The notes beneath the pieces are model-generated. The model saw only the letters and a list, made by a program, of their open reading frames with translations, was not told the origin of the DNA and did not search any database. A program made the position numbers and the translations under genes. From contig NW_021826532.1 in assembly GCF_006345805.1 (NCBI RefSeq), positions 1-12,814 on the forward strand: DNA of 12,814 nt, written 5' to 3'. How positions within the stretch are numbered: the first letter of the stretch is position 1; each line of letters opens with the position of its first letter. Positions 8,561 to 12,814 of this stretch are shown here, one piece after another. Source of the stretch: Octopus sinensis. Lineage: Eukaryota.

Positions 8561-8609
8561 GCTTCTACAGGACTAGAACTGTTTCATTCAGATGAAATCT
8601 TCAGGAAGC
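8561..8609 (-). ncRNA. Variant or degenerate minimal hammerhead-like motif
   Basis: Minus: GCTTC-CTGAAGA-T TTC ATCT GAA T-GAAA-C AGTTCTA-GTC-CTGTA-GAAGC. Core elements are in order, but 10.1/11.1 is U-U and stem I is offset by 5 nt. Confidence 0.4.
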
Positions 8610-8956
8610 TGGCTGTCAAAATAAGTTCTGGTATTTATGCATTTAGGTATGTATATACTGTTTAGTGGTACAACAAGGCACCAATATGTACAGGAACTAG
8701 CAGTCGATACATTTACGACGTTATAGTAAGGCCTCACTGCGTATATACTGGCAAAGACGTGTGAGTGCAACAAACATAAAAAAATTTCCAGTAAATATTG
8801 ATGTCTTTTTGTACCACTAATCTGTATTTATATTTATACTTCTACCTTTATTTTACTGGAAAGTAATACATACATACATATATATAACATATGGTATAAT
8901 TCAAAACAGGACAAATTTTAGCCTTTTCTCCGCAGACTGAAAAAGAATTATGAATA

Positions 8957-8999
8957 ACCTTAACCGGTTTTCGAACTTTATTGGATTCTCATCAGATGT
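8957..8999 (-). ncRNA. Minimal type I hammerhead ribozyme (PLE-type, palindromic stem III)
   Basis: Minus: ACAT-CTGATGA-GAA TCCAATAAAG TTC-GAAA-ACCGGT-TA-AGGT. Stem II GAA/TTC, palindrome ACCGGT, triplet TTA, predicted cut between 8961 and 8960. Stem I has 3 of 4 pairs. Confidence 0.65.
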
Positions 9000-9380
9000 G
9001 TCTACGTTATTGTAACATTTTCCAGAGAAACAAGCAACCAAACTGTTTATATACTCAACAAATACAGCAGTTACTCTGTGAAGGGGTCCCTAATTTGCAT
9101 ACCGAAAGTGTTTACACTCTATAAACATTATATGATATTACATGATATTTACCACGTGAACTACGTGGTAAATGAAAAGTAGATGAGAAAGCAATGGTGT
9201 ATAATTTATTTTGTGCAGGGGTTCCTTGAGACATGTAATTTATTTTATGGGTTACGCAAGGATAACAAGGTTAAGAAAGACTGGCTTAGTTAATTTCGGG
9301 CTTCAGTGTGCCCCTTAACTGTTTGGACAATCCTTTCTACGATTACATAGTAAATGAATTAGGCTATAGCATCATGGTGG

Positions 9381-9610
9381 AGGTGCGTGGCTTAGTGGTT
9401 TGTGTGTTTTATCTCATGATCGCAAGATTGTGGTTTCGATTCCTAGACTGTGCGACGCGCTGTGTTCTTGAGCAAAACACTTCATTTCACCTTGTTCCAG
9501 TTCACTCACCTGGCAAAAATGAGTTATCCTGCGAGGGTGTAGCGCCCCATCCAGGTGGGGGAATCATACACCATAAGTCAGCATGACTCGAGAAGGTAAC
9601 TTGAGTTTTA
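9381..9610 (+). mobile_element. tRNA-derived SINE with CORE/Meta-like central domain
   Basis: TGGCTTAGTGG A-box, GGTTTCGATTCC B-box, then CTGTGTTCTTGAGCAAAACACTT (CORE-like) and CCTGCGAGGGTGTAGCGCCCCATCCAGG. Superfamily assignment is from memory. Confidence 0.75.
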
Positions 9611-9654
9611 ACAATCTCGAGCTCTTGTTTAACCTCAAGATGACCTTCAGCCAC

Positions 9655-9985
9655 TACAACTATGGTCAAAGCATTCCACCTTTGGCCATCTTACCTTATT
9701 GTTACTCAGTGTATATCCAATACGAATATTTAAACTATGTCCTTCCTTTAAAAAAAGGTCGGGTATTGCTTGAGAGGGAAATGATTACTACTAGAAGTTT
9801 ACTGTTGTTGTTGTTTGTCCACACGTTAGCCCTTAACGAACAGACATTCCAGCCATGATCATCCAGATTTTTTTTATATATATACGGAACCCAAACACAC
9901 GATATTTGACGTTACTTTTTTTTTAAGACGTTAGGATGTGAATTGGGGGAGATTTTGCTGCTACCTTTTGCATGTCAAGTGTCCA
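9655..9985 (-). mobile_element. Two decayed retroposon 3' fragments with (CAA)n-type tails
   Basis: TTGTTTAACCTC...CATTCCACCTTTGGCCATC and GTTGTTGTTGTTT...CATTCCAGCCATGATCATCC...GGGAGATTTTGCTGCTA are mutually similar. Confidence 0.4.
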
Positions 9986-10373
9986 CATATTTGCTATTTA
10001 CTTGGCTACAACAATGATATGTCTCCTGGCAAGGAAGCTACTTTGTAGCTGCTGCTCCTGCTGCTCCTGCTGCTCCTGCTGCTACTGATCATCATCATCA
10101 TAACGACGTTTGCATGTGCACTGAGTGACCCAGTATTAATACACATAAACACACGCACATTCAGCACACACACACCACACATACACAGAGGCGCACTCAC
10201 ACATAATACATCAACCCACACACGCAGTCAGGTGATAAATCATATTTGTGATAACTAAAGGCAAGTCACTCTGCCAAACATTGAAAGATTCAGCACTGTC
10301 TTTCATACACCGATATATATATATACACACACCCACACACTAAAGTTGCATTGACCTAGCTGTTCGCATTCAA

Positions 10374-10380
<7 letters not shown>

Positions 10381-10442
<62 letters not shown>
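10381..10442. repeat. (CA)n(CT)n microsatellite
   Basis: Direct reading. Confidence 0.95.
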
Positions 10443-10449
<7 letters not shown>

Positions 10450-10560
10450 GCATACACCCACGTACACATGAAGCTCATGCGCAAAACACACGGATGCGCG
10501 CGCGCACTTACATACACATATACATACATTCGTACATATATTGACATAGATACAGCCATA

Positions 10561-11119
10561 AAAACTTAAAACTTAGATATGTTTCGACCAAAGATTGGTC
10601 CAGGCCATGTCTAACTTAATAGCACCACCTGATAGGATTATCTAAATCCTGTTTAAGTCAAGTTTTGTTTATGGTCCATTCAAGTAGTGAGTTTTTGTTG
10701 GGTGAGTTGTATCCAATTATGGGTGGCTTATCTGGTATTCCTTGAAGGAATCTATCCGGACTCCGTTTAAAGTTGATGGGATCCTTTTCCTCTTTGATCT
10801 CTTTCGGGACAATGTTAAATAGAGCAGGGCCTGTTGAGGAAAAGAAATTATGTTGCAGAGTACATGTATGCTGTGATCTCGAATTGGGCAGGGGACGTAT
10901 GGCCCGTGGTCCCAGTCTTGGATGAACCTTGAAGCTAATGTTCAGGTCGTTTGGGCAAAGTTGGCGGTATATTCTCCACATCGTGCAAATGATGTACCGT
11001 TCACGGCGACGCTGGAGAGAGTAGAGTTTCAAGGCTTTAAGGCGGTCCCAATAATCGGGAGCAGCCATGCCTTCAATTCGTTTAGTGAGTGCCCTTTGGG
11101 GTAATTCGATCCTCGAGAT
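10561..11119 (-). mobile_element. 5'-truncated CR1/L2-group LINE: ORF2 C-terminus, 3' UTR and (AAGTTTT)2 tail
   Basis: Uninterrupted frame 11119-10658: ISRIELPQRALTKRIEGMAAPDYWDRLKALKLYSLQRRRERYII...FFSSTGPALFNIVP...NSLLEW. This is the typical post-RT region of CR1/L2-group ORF2. The upstream part of the listed 222-aa ORF is microsatellite. Confidence 0.85.
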
Positions 11120-11139
11120 GATACATTCAGAAATAATAA

Positions 11140-11246
11140 ATACATCCATCCATCCATCCACCCATCCATACATACATACATACATACATAACATACATAC
11201 ATACATACATACACACATACATACATACATACTACATACATACATC

Positions 11247-11302
<56 letters not shown>
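11140..11302. repeat. (CATC)n/(CATA)n/(TA)n microsatellite
   Basis: Direct reading. Confidence 0.95.
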
Positions 11303-11522
11303 CACTAAGCAATTAAGGTTTAGCAACGAATTGCCTTACCACACCACCGAATTTAGAAATAGCAGTCAAAGAGAGATATAGCTATTTCTTCTACTAAAAG
11401 GGAGATCACAGTAAAGGCACAGCATTTGAAATGCAAACACAAACAGGTAAGAGAGAATGAATTAACGGCAATCTATCAACATACATTTTAAGTCACCTAC
11501 GTTTATTGTGCTTACATTTTAT

Positions 11523-11572
11523 AGGCGCAGGCGTGGTTGTGTGGTAAGTAGCTTGCTTACCAACCTCATGTT
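11523..11572 (+). mobile_element. SINE 5' head fragment (A-box only)
   Basis: AGGCGCAGGCGTGGTTGTGTGGTAAGTAGCTTGCTTACCAACCTCATG matches the head of the 4711-5070 SINE; truncated before the B-box. Confidence 0.75.
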
Positions 11573-11574
11573 TT

Positions 11575-11947
11575 CCAGTGAAAACCTTCATAAAATGTAA
11601 GCACAATAAACTTAATATAATGATTTGGGACAGAGAAGACAAACTCTGTGCAGTTATGGAAATTAGCTGCCCAGCGGATGTTAACATAAAGCTGAAGATC
11701 AGCGAAAGAGAAAATACCTAAGCTGAACTATTGTGAAATCTACAGTTTAATCTATCCAGATTACAAGTTCAGGTTTATACCGGTAATTATTGGGGCCCAG
11801 GGATGTGTAACACACTACCTAAATACCAATTTTGAGAAATTAGGCTTCTTAAGACCAGAAAGGAGGAAGCTGTTTCGAAGACTACAGATCCAATCCATCA
11901 CTGGAATTATAAAAATCTGTAAAACTTCCCAGAGGTTTACCATTTAA
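11575..11947 (+). pseudogene. Decayed 3' end of an R4/Dong-type LINE (restriction-like endonuclease domain)
   Basis: PVKTFIKCKHNKLNIMIWDREDKLCAVMEISCPADVNIKLKISERENT*AELL*NLQ, then a frameshift near 11746, then LIYPDYKFRFIPVIIGAQGCVTHYLNTNFEKLGF...LQIQSITGIIKICKT...*. This matches the NKPD-IxIWD...E(V/I)SCP...K..Y...IPVIIGALG pattern of R4-clade RLE. Stops at 11719 and 11734. Confidence 0.8.
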
Positions 11948-12029
11948 ATATATACATGAGCATGTCTAGATATGCAACTATATGCATAAGAATACATATA
12001 TAAAACAAAACAAACAAATCTGCGCATAT

Positions 12030-12722
12030 ACATACATACATACATACACACATACATACATACATAAATACATAATGCATACATACATACATACATACAT
12101 ACATACATACATACATACATACATACATCGTACATACATACATACATACATACATACATACGTACATGCATACATACATACATACATACGTACATACATA
12201 CATACATGCGTACATACATACATGCATACATACATACATACATACATACATACATACGTACATACATACAACATACATGCGTACATACATACATACATGC
12301 ATACATACATACATACATGCATACATACATACATACATGCATACATACATACATACATACATAAATACATACATACATACATACATACATACGTACATAC
12401 ATACATACATGCATACATACATACATACATACATTACATACATACATACATACATGCATACATACATACATACATGCATACACATACATACATGCATACA
12501 TACATACATACATACATAAATACATACATACACACATAATACATACGTACATACATACATACATGCATACAACTACATACATACATACATACATACATAC
12601 ATACATAAATACATACATACATACATACATACATACGTACATACATACATACATGCATACATACATACATCACATACTACTACATACTACATACGTACAT
12701 ACATACATACATACGTACGTAC
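12030..12722. repeat. ~690-bp (CATA)n array with CATG/CGTA variants
   Basis: Direct reading; source of the MYVC/HTYI ORFs. Confidence 0.97.
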
Positions 12723-12732
12723 AAAAAATATT

Positions 12733-12814
12733 CTGTTGATGTTGAAATTGCGATGAAGAGCCTGGTCTAGGTTAGAAACCGGCTCTTTCTCTATTGGCAA
12801 GAAATCTTGAAATA
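12733..12814 (+). repeat. Short dispersed repeat (family of 3877-3986), cut by the window end
   Basis: Shared motifs; internal hairpin AAGAGCC...GGCTCTT. Confidence 0.65.

Noticed and set aside
11401-11452. Plus-strand micro-exon ending CAG|GTAAGA
   Set aside because: The acceptor is weak (AAG), there is no homology, and such motifs are frequent by chance.
11692-11720. CTGAAGA-TCAGC-GAAA
   Set aside because: It lies in LINE coding remnant, and stems I, II and III cannot form.

Overview
AT-rich eukaryotic non-coding DNA, intronic or intergenic. The SINE families and microsatellite density most resemble an octopus/cephalopod genome; this is recognition from memory, not a database hit. No intact host gene is supported, and almost all ORFs in the track are translations of (TA)n/(TG)n/(CATA)n repeats. 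The window is a mosaic of tRNA-derived SINEs (one dimeric with a 17-bp TSD), a non-autonomous Helitron, a 5'-truncated CR1/L2-group LINE and a decayed R4/Dong-type LINE end (restriction-like endonuclease). The standout is a set of hammerhead ribozyme (HHR) motifs. An ORF-less element (1396-2426) has a 489-nt repeat unit arranged as a partial tandem plus a head-to-head inverted copy, with both 3' ends anchored in (TA)n. It carries two type I HHRs with a palindromic TGCA stem III loop and an unusually long stem II. Two more, unrelated minimal HHR motifs lie at 8561-8609 and 8957-8999. Together these point to Penelope-like-element (PLE)/retrozyme-type self-cleaving retroelements associated with microsatellites. 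All structures were folded by eye and no activity is demonstrated.
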